Source: Arenicellales bacterium
Lineage (GTDB): Bacteria; Pseudomonadota; Gammaproteobacteria; Arenicellales; Poriferihabitantaceae
DNA length: 64,000 nucleotides
Reading direction: 5' to 3'
NCBI GenBank assembly: GCA_963665165.1
Contig: OY761989.1
Location: 1,519,734-1,583,733, forward strand
Under the pieces are notes generated by a model, which searched no databases, had not been told where the DNA came from, and saw nothing but the letters and a program-made list of their open reading frames with translations. The translations under genes and the position numbers were made by a program. Of the stretch, positions 28,174 to 38,350 are shown piece by piece; position 1 is the first letter of the stretch; each line of letters starts with the position of its first letter.

Positions 28174-28905
28174 CTATTCAGCGGTTTGGTTTTCCGGTTT
28201 CCCGACTTCCAGTAACTCGATTTCGAACAGCAATACTTCATTCGGGCCGATTATCGGTCCTGCGCCCCTGGCGCCATAAGCCAGCTCTGGCGGTAGCGCT
28301 ACACGCCATTTACCACCCTGTTTCATCAATTGAAGCGCTTCCTGCCAGCCGGGAATGATTGACTGCAACGAAAACGAAACAGGTTGTCCCCGATCGTAGC
28401 TGCTGTCAAACACAGTGCCGTCCGTGAGTGTACCGTGGTAATGGACCAGAACGGTATCGATCAGAGACGGACTGTCGCCCTCCCCTGCAACAAGCACTTC
28501 GTATTGGAGACCGCTTTCCGTGACGGTCACTCCTTCGATGGATTGATTGTGTGCCAGAAACGCCTTGCCGGATTCCAGTTTTTCCAGAGCCTCCCGGTTT
28601 TCAATGGCGACCAGTTCCTGTTCCCGCTTTAGAATGGCCGACTCGACTTCATCGTCACTCAACAACCTGTCTTTCCCGGATACGGATGTGACCAGGCCTT
28701 CAAGCAACGCCTGCATTTCAAAGCCGTTTTCGGCATTGAATTGCTCCAACAAACTTTCTCCGAGTTTCAGGCCGACTGCATAGCTATAGGTCTTTTGGTC
28801 TGTATCCAGTTTGAATTCCTCTTGCGCCGACACACCAATCGGGAGAAGCAGAAGGGTTGCAGAAGCCGCAGCTTGAAATTTCTTGAGCATTTTATTCCTC
28901 GTCAT
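28174..28905 (-). CDS. FKBP-type peptidyl-prolyl isomerase (FkpA/Mip-like) with signal peptide
   Basis: A signal peptide, then a helical dimerisation region, then a C-terminal FKBP domain (VHYHGTLTDGTVFDSS...IPGWQEAL...LLFEIELL). Confidence 0.88.
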   Translation of the reverse strand: MTRNKMLKKFQAAASATLLLLPIGVSAQEEFKLDTDQKTYSYAVGLKLGESLLEQFNAENGFEMQALLEGLVTSVSGKDRLLSDDEVESAILKREQELVAIENREALEKLESGKAFLAHNQSIEGVTVTESGLQYEVLVAGEGDSPSLIDTVLVHYHGTLTDGTVFDSSYDRGQPVSFSLQSIIPGWQEALQLMKQGGKWRVALPPELAYGARGAGPIIGPNEVLLFEIELLEVGKPENQTAE

Positions 28906-28971
28906 TTTTTGTTTCGACTTCTGTTTCGACTCGGTTCAGTCAGGGAGGGAGCGCGCATTATACCCGAAATC

Positions 28972-30339
28972 TCAGGCTTCCAGTATTTGAATCGCGTCTT
29001 CTATTCTCCGGGGCGCAATGATTTCCATGTCACCTGTGGGGGATTTCGGTTTGTTCGCCGCGGGAATCAACGCGCGCCTGAACCCGGACCTTTGAGCTTC
29101 CCGCAGGCGCTCGACTCCTCTTTGTACCGGGCGCAACTCCCCGGACAGGCCAATTTCACCGAATACCGCAAGGTCGCTGCCCACCGCCCGATTTTTGACG
29201 CTCGACAGGATTGCCAGCAAAACAGCCAGATCGGATCCGGTTTCAGATACCCTGATTCCGCCGGCGGCATTGACGAACACATCGTAATTGTTCAGCGAGA
29301 TACCTGCATGACGATGGGCGATGGCGAGCAACATGGACAACCGGTTCTGTTCCAGTCCGACACACAATCTCCGGGGATTCGAAAGAACGCTGTCATCCAC
29401 CAGCGCCTGAATTTCAACCAGCAGGGGACGGGTTCCCTCCTGGGTGGCGAGGACAACGCTGCCCGGTTTTTCAGCGCCGTATTTGCTGACAAACATCGCA
29501 GAAGGATTGCTCACGTCCTTCAATCCCTGTTCCGTCATTGCGAACACGCCAATCTCGTTCACGGCCCCGAAACGATTCTTGATCGCCCGGATCACACGGA
29601 AACTGTGTGAACTGTCGCCCTCGAAATACAGGACACTGTCAACCATGTGTTCAAGGACACGTGGGCCGGCCAAAGCCCCTTCCTTGGTCACATGGCCAAC
29701 CAGGATTAAACGGCAATCACTGTGTTTTGCATATCTGACCATCCTTGCCGCACATTCGCGAACCTGGGAAACACTGCCGGGAGCCGCGCTGAGGGCGTCA
29801 CTGTAAAAAGTCTGGATTGAATCTGCCACCAGAACCTCGGGAGATTCCGCGTTCACGACTTCAAGCAGGTTCTCAAGCCTGTTTTCAGCCATCACGTTCA
29901 ATCTGCCTGAGTCCAGGCCAAGCCGCTGTGACCGAAGCGCGATCTGCTCCGCGGACTCCTCTCCCGTTACATAGAGCGCCCTTGAATTGCGACTGATGCA
30001 GCACAGGTTTTGCAATAGCAAGGTGGATTTGCCAATTCCCGGGGCGCCGCCGATGAGCACAACGGAACCGGCTACCAGCCCACCCCCCAGCACCCGGTCG
30101 AATTCAGCGCTCCCGCTCGACAGTCTTTCCGTTTGACTGACCTGGATGTCGACCAGTTTCCGAACCCGCGCCTTGGGGGCGAATCCGGAAAAACGATCCA
30201 CTACCGCGGGTTTTTTCTCAATCTGATGCTCCACCAGCGTATTCCAACTGCCGCAATCCCCGCATTGTCCGGACCATTTCAGGTTTTCCGCGCCGCAGTC
30301 GGAACAGAGGAAAACCGTTTTCGATGATGATTTAGCCAT
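28972..30339 (-). CDS. radA: DNA repair protein RadA
   Basis: An N-terminal C4 zinc finger (CSDCGAE..CGDCGSWN), GAPGIGKSTL, and a Lon-like C-terminal domain. Confidence 0.93.
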   Translation of the reverse strand: MAKSSSKTVFLCSDCGAENLKWSGQCGDCGSWNTLVEHQIEKKPAVVDRFSGFAPKARVRKLVDIQVSQTERLSSGSAEFDRVLGGGLVAGSVVLIGGAPGIGKSTLLLQNLCCISRNSRALYVTGEESAEQIALRSQRLGLDSGRLNVMAENRLENLLEVVNAESPEVLVADSIQTFYSDALSAAPGSVSQVRECAARMVRYAKHSDCRLILVGHVTKEGALAGPRVLEHMVDSVLYFEGDSSHSFRVIRAIKNRFGAVNEIGVFAMTEQGLKDVSNPSAMFVSKYGAEKPGSVVLATQEGTRPLLVEIQALVDDSVLSNPRRLCVGLEQNRLSMLLAIAHRHAGISLNNYDVFVNAAGGIRVSETGSDLAVLLAILSSVKNRAVGSDLAVFGEIGLSGELRPVQRGVERLREAQRSGFRRALIPAANKPKSPTGDMEIIAPRRIEDAIQILEA

Positions 30340-31465
30340 GTTGCGAGCCCCCGCCCCCGGTCACCACCCTGGGAATCCGGAGTGTCACCTTGCTTAATAA
30401 TTCATAAGGAATGGTTTGCGCCCATCCGGCCACTTCTTCCACGGGCAAACCATCCCCCCACAATGTAACTTCATCGCCGACCTCGACAGCGCCATGGTCT
30501 GTAACGTCCACCGCAATCATATCCATCGAAACCCGGCCTGTGACCGGCGCCCTCCTGCCGTGAATCAGGACACAGGCCCTGGCATCGACATTCCAGGGAT
30601 ACCCATCTCCATAGCCCAGTCCGGCAATACCGATACGAGACCGGCGCCGGGTACGATAGAGGCCGCCATAGCCGATTGGCTGATTCCTGTCGACGAACTT
30701 GACCGAGATCAGCCGGGCCTTGAGTTGCATCACCGGGTGCAGATCGACATCGTCTGGCCCCTTGTCAACGAACGGCGAAACGCCATACAGCATCAAACCG
30801 GGGCGAACCCAGTCCTTGTGTGTGTCCTTCCTTCTCATTATTCCGGCTGAATTTGCCAGGCTCTTTTCATATCGCAAAGACAAACAGGCGGATTCAAAGT
30901 TTGCAAGTTGTCTGTCCGTATACCGGTCATCCGGAATATCCGCGTTGGCCAGATGGGAAATGACCTTGACTGCCTTGACTGATTCAAGTGTTTGCAGTGA
31001 GGCGCAGATTTTCTCCAGTTGCTGGCCGGGGATGCCCAGTCGATTCATGCCTGTATCGAATTTGACCCAGACAGTCAACGGCTTTCCCGGCCAGGCTTGC
31101 AACCAGTCAACCTGCTGGCCGCTGTGAACCACAGGTTGCATACCATATCTCTCGAATTCCACCAGCTGCGACGCGTGCCAGAATTCAGACAGCACGACAA
31201 TCGGCCTGCAATCCTGGACCTGGCGGCAAAGGATGCCTTCGGGCAATGTCGCCACAGCGAACCCGTCTACCTGTCGGCATATCGATTCAGTAATGGCGGC
31301 CAGGCCATGTCCATAGGCATCCGCCTTGATTACCGCAATGATTCCGGAATGGGGAGCGAGTTTCCGTATAACGGAAATATTATGGTGGAGCGCCTGCAAA
31401 TCAATTTCAGCCCAGGCGCGCAGCAGTCCATTGTCTGGTGATGAACGGGTCGCGGTCAGGGACAA
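30332..31465 (-). CDS. alr: Alanine racemase
   Basis: The PLP-lysine motif AVIKADAYGHG. Confidence 0.9.
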   Translation of the reverse strand: MSLTATRSSPDNGLLRAWAEIDLQALHHNISVIRKLAPHSGIIAVIKADAYGHGLAAITESICRQVDGFAVATLPEGILCRQVQDCRPIVVLSEFWHASQLVEFERYGMQPVVHSGQQVDWLQAWPGKPLTVWVKFDTGMNRLGIPGQQLEKICASLQTLESVKAVKVISHLANADIPDDRYTDRQLANFESACLSLRYEKSLANSAGIMRRKDTHKDWVRPGLMLYGVSPFVDKGPDDVDLHPVMQLKARLISVKFVDRNQPIGYGGLYRTRRRSRIGIAGLGYGDGYPWNVDARACVLIHGRRAPVTGRVSMDMIAVDVTDHGAVEVGDEVTLWGDGLPVEEVAGWAQTIPYELLSKVTLRIPRVVTGGGGSQHG

Positions 31466-31497
31466 TTTGATATCCGGATGATGATCAGCAGCCCGGG

Positions 31498-32850
31498 TTA
31501 CGGATTGGCCATATGGGGCATCGCAAAATTCTCGAAGCGTGTAAACTCCCCTCTGAAGGTGAGTCTCGTGGTGCCAACCGGACCATTTCTCTGTTTGCCG
31601 ATAATCAGTTCAGCCACCCCTTTTTGACTGGTATCCTCGTTGTAGACTTCATCCCTGTAAATGAAGAAGATCACATCCGCGTCCTGCTCGATGGCGCCGG
31701 ATTCCCTCAAGTCCGACATCACGGGGCGCTTGTTGGGTCTTTGTTCAAGGCTCCGGTTCAACTGCGAGAGCGCGACCACGGGAACATGCAGTTCCTTGGC
31801 CAGGATTTTCAATGCCCGTGTAATGCCGGAAATCTCGGTGGCGCGGTTTTCATTGCTGTCCGGGGAATTCATCAATTGCAGATAATCAATAATGATCAGC
31901 CCCAGTTGCTGGTTTTCACGCTTCAGTCGCCGCGCTCTTGATTGTAAATCCAGCGTGTTCAACCCGGCGGAATCATCAATAAAGATAGGCGCCTTGTCCA
32001 GTATACTGACCGCAGAAGTCAGTCTCGGCCAGTCTTCATCGCTCAAGCGTCCGGTTCTGACCTTGTTGGAGTTGATCTGGCCCAGCGAAGACAACATGCG
32101 CATAGCCAACTGTTCACCCGGCATTTCCATACTGAAAATCGCGACCGGCAGTTTTTTCTCCACGGCGACATATTCAGCAATATTCATCGCAAATGATGTT
32201 TTACCCATCGAAGGCCGCCCCGCGATGATGACCAGGTCACCTTGCTGCAACCCGGATGTCTGGCTATCGACATCTGAAAAACCGGTCGGGACACCGGTAA
32301 CCGCTTCCTTCGATTCGGATAACAACTCGATTCGATTGATTGACCGCCTGACCAGATCATGCAGCTCGGTAAATCCCCGCTGGCGCGCTCCATCGCGCTC
32401 CGAAATATCGAAAACCAGATTTTCCGCGTGGTCCAGTATTTGCCGCGGAGTTCTTCCTTCGGGATTGTAGGATGAATCGGATATCTCATTGGCCGCCGAT
32501 ATCAACGACCTCAAGATAGCCTGGTCCCTGACAATTCTGGCATAGGTGAGGATGTTTGCCGTGCTCGGCGTATTATTCGCCAGAGTTCCGATATAGGTCA
32601 GGCCGCCCACGGCTTCCAGCTTGCCTTGTGAAGCCAGCCATTGCGAAGCGGTGATCGCATCCGCTGGTTGTCCGGCGGCCTGTAAACCGCCAATTGCCTG
32701 AAAAATCAAACGATGGTTCTGATTATAAAAATCCTGGTCGCCCACCTGCTCAACGACCTCATCCCATTTCATGTTATCCAGCAACAACCCTCCGAGGAGA
32801 GATTGTTCGGCCTCCAGTGCCTGGGGAGGAAGCTTGGGTGAAACCGCCAT
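31498..32850 (-). CDS. dnaB: Replicative DNA helicase
   Basis: PPQALEAEQSLLGGLL at the N-terminus and GRPSMGKTSF as Walker A. Confidence 0.95.
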   Translation of the reverse strand: MAVSPKLPPQALEAEQSLLGGLLLDNMKWDEVVEQVGDQDFYNQNHRLIFQAIGGLQAAGQPADAITASQWLASQGKLEAVGGLTYIGTLANNTPSTANILTYARIVRDQAILRSLISAANEISDSSYNPEGRTPRQILDHAENLVFDISERDGARQRGFTELHDLVRRSINRIELLSESKEAVTGVPTGFSDVDSQTSGLQQGDLVIIAGRPSMGKTSFAMNIAEYVAVEKKLPVAIFSMEMPGEQLAMRMLSSLGQINSNKVRTGRLSDEDWPRLTSAVSILDKAPIFIDDSAGLNTLDLQSRARRLKRENQQLGLIIIDYLQLMNSPDSNENRATEISGITRALKILAKELHVPVVALSQLNRSLEQRPNKRPVMSDLRESGAIEQDADVIFFIYRDEVYNEDTSQKGVAELIIGKQRNGPVGTTRLTFRGEFTRFENFAMPHMANP

Positions 32851-32917
32851 CAGTGGATCAAGTCATACCGGATACTTCGTGCTTCTTTTGTGAACTTGAA
32901 AGGCGGTTTTCCGGGGG

Positions 32918-33379
32918 TTACTCCGGACTCCCGGGTTCTCCGGCCTCGACATGGACGCGGACTGTGAAACGCACCTCCGGGTGGAGGACCACCTCCGCCT
33001 CGAATTCGCCGATCTGTTTGATTGGTCCGTCGGATTGATGGATTTCGGATTTGTCCATGTCCGATCCGGCCCGGTTCATCTCTTGTGCGATATCGGCTGG
33101 CGATACGGAACCATAGAGCTGGCCTTCTTCGCCACAAAGCCGTGACAATGATATTTCCCGGACCGCCTGTTCCGCGCGCATCTGCGCCTTCTGCAGTCGG
33201 CTGGCCTGGTCCGCGGCAATCTTCAGGCGCTTTTCCTCGGCCAGGGCTTTTGCCTCAGGCGTTGCCCGCATGGCTTTTTTTTGTGGAATCAGGAAATTCC
33301 TGGCATGGCCGTTACGGACATTGACCAAATCGCCAATATCCCCGGTATTAGGTATTTTCTCCAATAGAATGACTTCCAT
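32918..33379 (-). CDS. rplI: 50S ribosomal protein L9
   Basis: MEVILLEKI..GD.GDLV.V..G.ARNFLIP. Confidence 0.93.
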   Translation of the reverse strand: MEVILLEKIPNTGDIGDLVNVRNGHARNFLIPQKKAMRATPEAKALAEEKRLKIAADQASRLQKAQMRAEQAVREISLSRLCGEEGQLYGSVSPADIAQEMNRAGSDMDKSEIHQSDGPIKQIGEFEAEVVLHPEVRFTVRVHVEAGEPGSPE

Positions 33380-33387
33380 GACGCCTC

Positions 33388-33618
33388 CTAGTTTTCGTGT
33401 TGGTCCGTATATTGAATCAGAGCAAGAAACCGGGCGCGTTTGACCGCGGTGGACAATTGCCGCTGAAAATGCGTTTTCGTTCCGGTGCTTCTTCGCGGCA
33501 GGATCTTGCCGGTGTCGCTTGTGTTCGCGATCAGGATATCAAGGTCCTTGTAATCGATGGATTCGATTCCTTCGGCGGTAAACTTGCAAAACCGGGGTCT
33601 TCGTTGAAATCTGGCCAT
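33388..33618 (-). CDS. rpsR: 30S ribosomal protein S18
   Basis: [22 protein letters not shown]...ILPRRSTGT. Confidence 0.95.
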   Translation of the reverse strand: MARFQRRPRFCKFTAEGIESIDYKDLDILIANTSDTGKILPRRSTGTKTHFQRQLSTAVKRARFLALIQYTDQHEN

Positions 33619-34109
33619 CAGGCTGCCTCCATAATTTTGTCATCATCAACTGGTTCGGCTGTTTTTCCAGATTCAGGCTTGTCTCGGGGCGCTTCTGGTT
33701 TCGGGGCTTTTTCTTCGGCTGTGGCTGTATGGCTGCCTGAACCACTGGCCGAACCCGCCTCTTTTGCGGCTTCCGCCGCGTCTTCCCGCGCCTTGGCTTT
33801 GGCCATACTGGATTCTTCGGTAATGGCCTGTTTCCGGCGTATCACCAGGTGGCGAAGAACCGAGTCGTTGAATCTGAAATTCCGTTCGATATCCCGCAAT
33901 ACATCCAGGCCGCATTCGATATTGATCATGACGTAATGCGCCTTATGAACGTCATTGATCATATAGGCCAGACGCCGGCGTCCCCAGTCTTCGACACGGT
34001 GGATCCTGCCGTCTCCGGATGTGACCATATCCTTGAAACGATCAATCATCGCCGGTACCTGTTCGCTCTGGTCCGGGTGAACCAGAAAAACGATTTCATA
34101 GTGTCTCAT
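33618..34109 (-). CDS. rpsF: 30S ribosomal protein S6 (with a long Ala/Glu/Lys-rich C-terminal tail)
   Basis: [19 protein letters not shown] starts at the ATG at 34109, preceded by GGGAGA. The ORF-track start at 34253 is an unsupported 48-aa extension. Confidence 0.9.
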   Translation of the reverse strand: MRHYEIVFLVHPDQSEQVPAMIDRFKDMVTSGDGRIHRVEDWGRRRLAYMINDVHKAHYVMINIECGLDVLRDIERNFRFNDSVLRHLVIRRKQAITEESSMAKAKAREDAAEAAKEAGSASGSGSHTATAEEKAPKPEAPRDKPESGKTAEPVDDDKIMEAA

Positions 34110-34304
34110 ACATTCTCCCTTTGGGTTGTATCCTCCCCCTGGAAACAGGATTCCGCCAGGAGTGAGGAAAGGAGTTGAAAGAAATTTGTGGCGCCGATTG
34201 TACAGAAATAAAGTCCGTTTCACAAGGTTGTCCTGCCCGCAGGTCATCCACATTCAGACTCCGCATCATGATAAAATGAATTCAACGTGAACGCTGCGAC
34301 CGAT

Positions 34305-36977
34305 ATGCCTGATTCCGACAATAAAATGGATATGGACGCCACCGAGACAAGGGAATGGCTGGATGCCCTGACATCCGTTGTTCAGGCGGACGGCCATGAG
34401 CGCGCGCATTTTTTGATTGAATCCCTGATAGACCATGCCAGGAGAACGGGAATTCACATCCCCTATCAGGCCAATACCGCTTATCTGAACACCATTCCAA
34501 CCCACATGGAACAACCGAGTCCGGGCGACCATGGACTGGAGAGAAGAATCCGTGCATTGATTCGCTGGAATGCAATGGCGATGGTGATCCGGGCCAATCG
34601 AATCTCCAGTGAACTCGGTGGGCATATTGCCAGCTTCGCGTCTGCGGCGACCCTGTACGATGTCGGTTTCAACCATTTCTGGCGCGCCAGTACCGCCGAC
34701 CATCCAGGTGACATGATTTTTATCCAGGGGCATTCCGCTCCCGGAATTTATGCAAGGGCCTATCTCGAAGGACGCCTTCATAAAGAGGACCTCCGGTTGT
34801 TTCGCCAGGAAGTGGACGGTTCCGGGCTGTCCTCTTACCCCCATCCGTGGCTGATGCCCGATTTCTGGCAATTTCCCACGGTTTCCATGGGGCTCGGACC
34901 GATCATGGCGATTTACCAGGCCAGATTCATGAAGTACCTGCACAATCGCGGATTGATCGATGCCGGTGACCGAAAAATCTGGGTATTTCTGGGCGATGGG
35001 GAAATGGATGAACCCGAATCCATGGGAGCGCTGGCTATCGCAGGCCGCGAAAAACTGGATAATCTGATCTTTGTGGTGAATTGCAATTTGCAAAGACTGG
35101 ACGGTCCGGTGCGGGGGAACGGCAAGATCATCCAGGAGCTGGAAGGCGATTTTCGCGGATCAGGCTGGAATGTCATCAAACTGATCTGGGGCGGATACTG
35201 GGACAAGCTGTTGATACGTGACGACAAGGGATTGTTGAAACAGCGCATGGAAGAAGCCGTAGATGGTGAATACCAGGCATTCAAGGCTAATGACGGCGCC
35301 TATGTCCGGGAAAAGTTTTTCGGAAAAAATCCGGAATTGAAAGCCATGGTCGCCAATATGACCGACGAGGATATCTGGCGATTGAATCGGGGCGGCCACG
35401 ACCCGCATAAAATCTATGCGGCCTACCACGCGGCTGTTCATCATACCGGCCAGCCTACGGTAATATTGGCGAAAACAGTAAAGGGTTATGGTATGGGTGA
35501 GGCGGGAGAGGGCCAGAACACCACCCACCAGCAGAAAAAAATGGGGGAGGAATCGCTGCTGGCGTTCCGGGACCGGTTCAACATCCCGCTGACTGACGAG
35601 GAAGTCGCCAAGGCGCCCTTTTACCGCCCTGAACGGGATTCTCCGGAGGTGCGGTATATTCTGGAACGAAGGGAACAACTGGGTGGTTTCATGCCGGCCC
35701 GCAGAAGTGTATGCGTCCCTGGATTCCGGTTTCCGGAGGCGGACATTTTCAAGTCCCAGCTTGAAGGCACAGGCGACCGCAAAATTTCGACGACCATGAC
35801 TTTTGTCAGGATCCTGTCCGCATTGTTCAGAAACAAGGAATTGAAGGATTACATCGTACCGATCATTCCGGATGAATCCCGCACATTCGGCATGGAAGGC
35901 ATGTTCCGGCAACTTGGCATCTACTCCCCTGAAGGACAACTGTATGAACCGGTCGATTCGGATCAATTGATGTTCTACCGCGAAGACAAGACGGGACAGG
36001 TGCTCCAGGAAGGCATTAACGAAGCAGGCGCAATGTCGTCATGGATTGCCGCCGGAACCTCTTACAGCAACCATAACCTGTTCACCATTCCATTTTTCAT
36101 CCTCTATTCGATGTTCGGATTCCAGCGCATCGGCGACCTGTGCTGGGCGGCTGGCGACAGTCGGGCGCGCGGATTCATCATCGGAGGGACCGCTGGCAGA
36201 ACCACACTGGCCGGTGAGGGACTGCAACACCAGGACGGACACAGCCTGATTCTGGCGTCCACGGTTCCGAACTGTGTTTCCTACGACCCCGCATACTGCT
36301 ATGAGCTGGCTGTGATCATTTATGACGGATTGCGCCGCATGTACCAGAAACAGGAAAGCATTTATTACTACATTACGGTGATGAATGAAAATTACTCCCA
36401 TCCCACGATGCCAGAAAACGCCGAAGAAGGCATCCTGAAAGGAATGTATCTGCTCAAGCGGACCGGCAGGAAGGAGAATGTTCACAAGGTACAGTTGCTG
36501 GGGGGTGGCGCGATCGTGCGGGAGGTTGAAGCGGCAGCGGCATTGCTGGACGAGGATTATGGGGTCAGCGCCGATATCTGGAGTGTAACCAGTTTTAACG
36601 AACTGGCCCGGGACGGACACAATGTCCAGCGGGAGAACCGGTTGCGTCCTACGGATACGCCGAGGCAAAGCTATGTGGAAATGTGTCTGGGCAATACCAA
36701 GGGGCCGGTGATCGCGGCCACCGACTACATTCGACTGTATGCCGAGCAGATCCGGGCGTTTGTGCCCAACCATTATCATGTATTGGGGACAGATGGATAC
36801 GGGCGCAGCGATACCCGGGACAAGCTGCGCAAATTCTTCGAGGTGGACCGCTGCCATATCGCGCATACGGCGTTGAAGGCGTTGTCCGATATGGAGTCGC
36901 TCTCACTTGAGGATCTTGAAGAAGCGCGCCAGAATCTGGGTATCGATGTCAATAAACCGAACCCGGTTACGGTATGA
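34305..36977 (+). CDS. aceE: Pyruvate dehydrogenase E1 component (homodimeric type)
   Basis: About 890 aa. DATETREWLDALTSVVQADG parallels the E. coli AceE N-terminus. The ATG at 34305 gives the expected N-terminal length. The GTG at 34287 from the ORF track is the alternative. Confidence 0.93.
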   Translation: MPDSDNKMDMDATETREWLDALTSVVQADGHERAHFLIESLIDHARRTGIHIPYQANTAYLNTIPTHMEQPSPGDHGLERRIRALIRWNAMAMVIRANRISSELGGHIASFASAATLYDVGFNHFWRASTADHPGDMIFIQGHSAPGIYARAYLEGRLHKEDLRLFRQEVDGSGLSSYPHPWLMPDFWQFPTVSMGLGPIMAIYQARFMKYLHNRGLIDAGDRKIWVFLGDGEMDEPESMGALAIAGREKLDNLIFVVNCNLQRLDGPVRGNGKIIQELEGDFRGSGWNVIKLIWGGYWDKLLIRDDKGLLKQRMEEAVDGEYQAFKANDGAYVREKFFGKNPELKAMVANMTDEDIWRLNRGGHDPHKIYAAYHAAVHHTGQPTVILAKTVKGYGMGEAGEGQNTTHQQKKMGEESLLAFRDRFNIPLTDEEVAKAPFYRPERDSPEVRYILERREQLGGFMPARRSVCVPGFRFPEADIFKSQLEGTGDRKISTTMTFVRILSALFRNKELKDYIVPIIPDESRTFGMEGMFRQLGIYSPEGQLYEPVDSDQLMFYREDKTGQVLQEGINEAGAMSSWIAAGTSYSNHNLFTIPFFILYSMFGFQRIGDLCWAAGDSRARGFIIGGTAGRTTLAGEGLQHQDGHSLILASTVPNCVSYDPAYCYELAVIIYDGLRRMYQKQESIYYYITVMNENYSHPTMPENAEEGILKGMYLLKRTGRKENVHKVQLLGGGAIVREVEAAAALLDEDYGVSADIWSVTSFNELARDGHNVQRENRLRPTDTPRQSYVEMCLGNTKGPVIAATDYIRLYAEQIRAFVPNHYHVLGTDGYGRSDTRDKLRKFFEVDRCHIAHTALKALSDMESLSLEDLEEARQNLGIDVNKPNPVTV

Positions 36978-38350
36978 CGGAAATGACACGGATCACGATC
37001 CCCGATATTGGCGATTTCGATGAGGTCGAGGTCATTGAAGTGCTGGTTGGCGTCGGCGATCCGGTCGCCGTTGAAGATCCGGTCATTACACTGGAAAGCG
37101 ACAAGGCGACGATGGAGATTCCGAGTCCGGTTGGTGGAATCGTGGCGAGTATCGAGGTTTCAATCGGGGACCGGGTTCGTGAAGGAGCGCTGGTAGCGGA
37201 AATTATAGAGCCTGTGGAACACGGGCCCGGGGACAGCTCCAAAAAGTCGGCGGAAAAGATGGCCGGGATGGAACCCCGCCTCCACGGGAATGGCGAAGAT
37301 GGAGAGCGTGAGGACGATTCATCGGGCCTGTCCGACGTCGATGAAGCGGCAGAGAAGATAGCCGGGGGCGACGAAGGAGCGGATTCCCGCTCCCCGTCCG
37401 GAGCCGGAGACCGCCTCCGCGGGAATGGCGGAATATCCCTCCCGCTTCCCCCCCATGCGAGTCCGGGGATTCGACGTTTTGCCCGGGAACTGGGCGCCGA
37501 TTTGAGTCTGATCGCTGGCAGCGGGCCAAAAGGCAGAATCCTGAAGGAGGATGTAAAAAGCTGGGTCAAGCGGCAATTGGCGAAGTCCCGGTCGATTGAT
37601 CGGCAGGAGGAGGTTGGAATTCCCGCCGTCCCGGAAATTGATTTTTCTGAATTTGGCGACTTTGAAACCGTTCGGTTGAGTCGCATCAGGAAACTGTCCG
37701 GGCCACACCTGCAACGGGCGTGGTTGAACATACCCCATGTCACCCATCATGATGAAGCCGACATTACCGAACTGGAAGCGTTCAGGCAATCGCTGAAAGC
37801 AGAGGCTTCAATGAAGGGATTGCGCGTCACCCTGCTGTCTTTCGCCGTCAAGGCCCTGACCGGAGCATTGAAAGAGTACCCGAATTTCAATGCTTCGCTG
37901 GCGCCTGGTGGAGAACAGTTGATATTGAAACGGTATTTCAATGTCGGCATCGCGGTCGATACGCCCGATGGACTGGTGGTGCCGGTGATTCGCGATGTGG
38001 ACCGGAAAAGCATCTTCAATCTGGCGCGGGAGCTCGCGGATTTAAGTGAACGGGCACGTAACAACAGACTCCGGCCGGATGACCTGAAAGGCGGGTGCAT
38101 CAGCATCTCAAGCCTGGGAGGAATCGGAGGGGTCGCATTCACTCCCATCGTCAATGCCCCGGAAGTGGCCATTCTGGGGATATCCCGCGCCAGAACGATG
38201 CCTGTCTGGGATGGTCAGGATTTTGTTCCGAGATTGCTTTTGCCGTTGAGCCTGTCTTATGACCATCGCGTGGTGGACGGCGCCGAAGCGGCGCGGTTCG
38301 TCTCCTGCCTGACCCGGTTGTTTGCCGATGTCCGGCGGTTATCGCTGTGA
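36974..38350 (+). CDS. aceF: Dihydrolipoamide acetyltransferase E2 with a single lipoyl domain
   Basis: The start overlaps the aceE stop (ATGA). It has the lipoyl motif ESDKATMEIPSP, a subunit-binding domain (ASPGIRRFARELGADL) and a catalytic DHRVVDG. Confidence 0.92.
   Translation: MTEMTRITIPDIGDFDEVEVIEVLVGVGDPVAVEDPVITLESDKATMEIPSPVGGIVASIEVSIGDRVREGALVAEIIEPVEHGPGDSSKKSAEKMAGMEPRLHGNGEDGEREDDSSGLSDVDEAAEKIAGGDEGADSRSPSGAGDRLRGNGGISLPLPPHASPGIRRFARELGADLSLIAGSGPKGRILKEDVKSWVKRQLAKSRSIDRQEEVGIPAVPEIDFSEFGDFETVRLSRIRKLSGPHLQRAWLNIPHVTHHDEADITELEAFRQSLKAEASMKGLRVTLLSFAVKALTGALKEYPNFNASLAPGGEQLILKRYFNVGIAVDTPDGLVVPVIRDVDRKSIFNLARELADLSERARNNRLRPDDLKGGCISISSLGGIGGVAFTPIVNAPEVAILGISRARTMPVWDGQDFVPRLLLPLSLSYDHRVVDGAEAARFVSCLTRLFADVRRLSL

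Noticed and set aside
28910-28931. A direct repeat TGTTTCGACT tc TGTTTCGACT immediately upstream of the FKBP isomerase start codon.
   Set aside because: It is only two 10-nt copies with no known binding-site match. It could be an operator, but chance or slippage duplication is equally likely.
10399-29610. Other long overlapping ORFs, for example 10399-11079, 13282-14235, 16442-17227, 20185-20976, 21331-21975, 26997-27815 and 28741-29610. The same applies further right at 45524-46282, 48044-48922, 48950-49639 and 51157-52176.
   Set aside because: Each lies within or opposite a gene with clear family motifs (dusA, acs, TauE, livM/H, MocR, radA and others) and has a biased, low-complexity composition typical of non-coding frames.
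34110-34253. A 48-aa N-terminal extension of rpsF in the ORF track.
   Set aside because: The S6 consensus [12 protein letters not shown] begins at 34109 with a GGGAGA ribosome-binding site. The extension has no S6 similarity.
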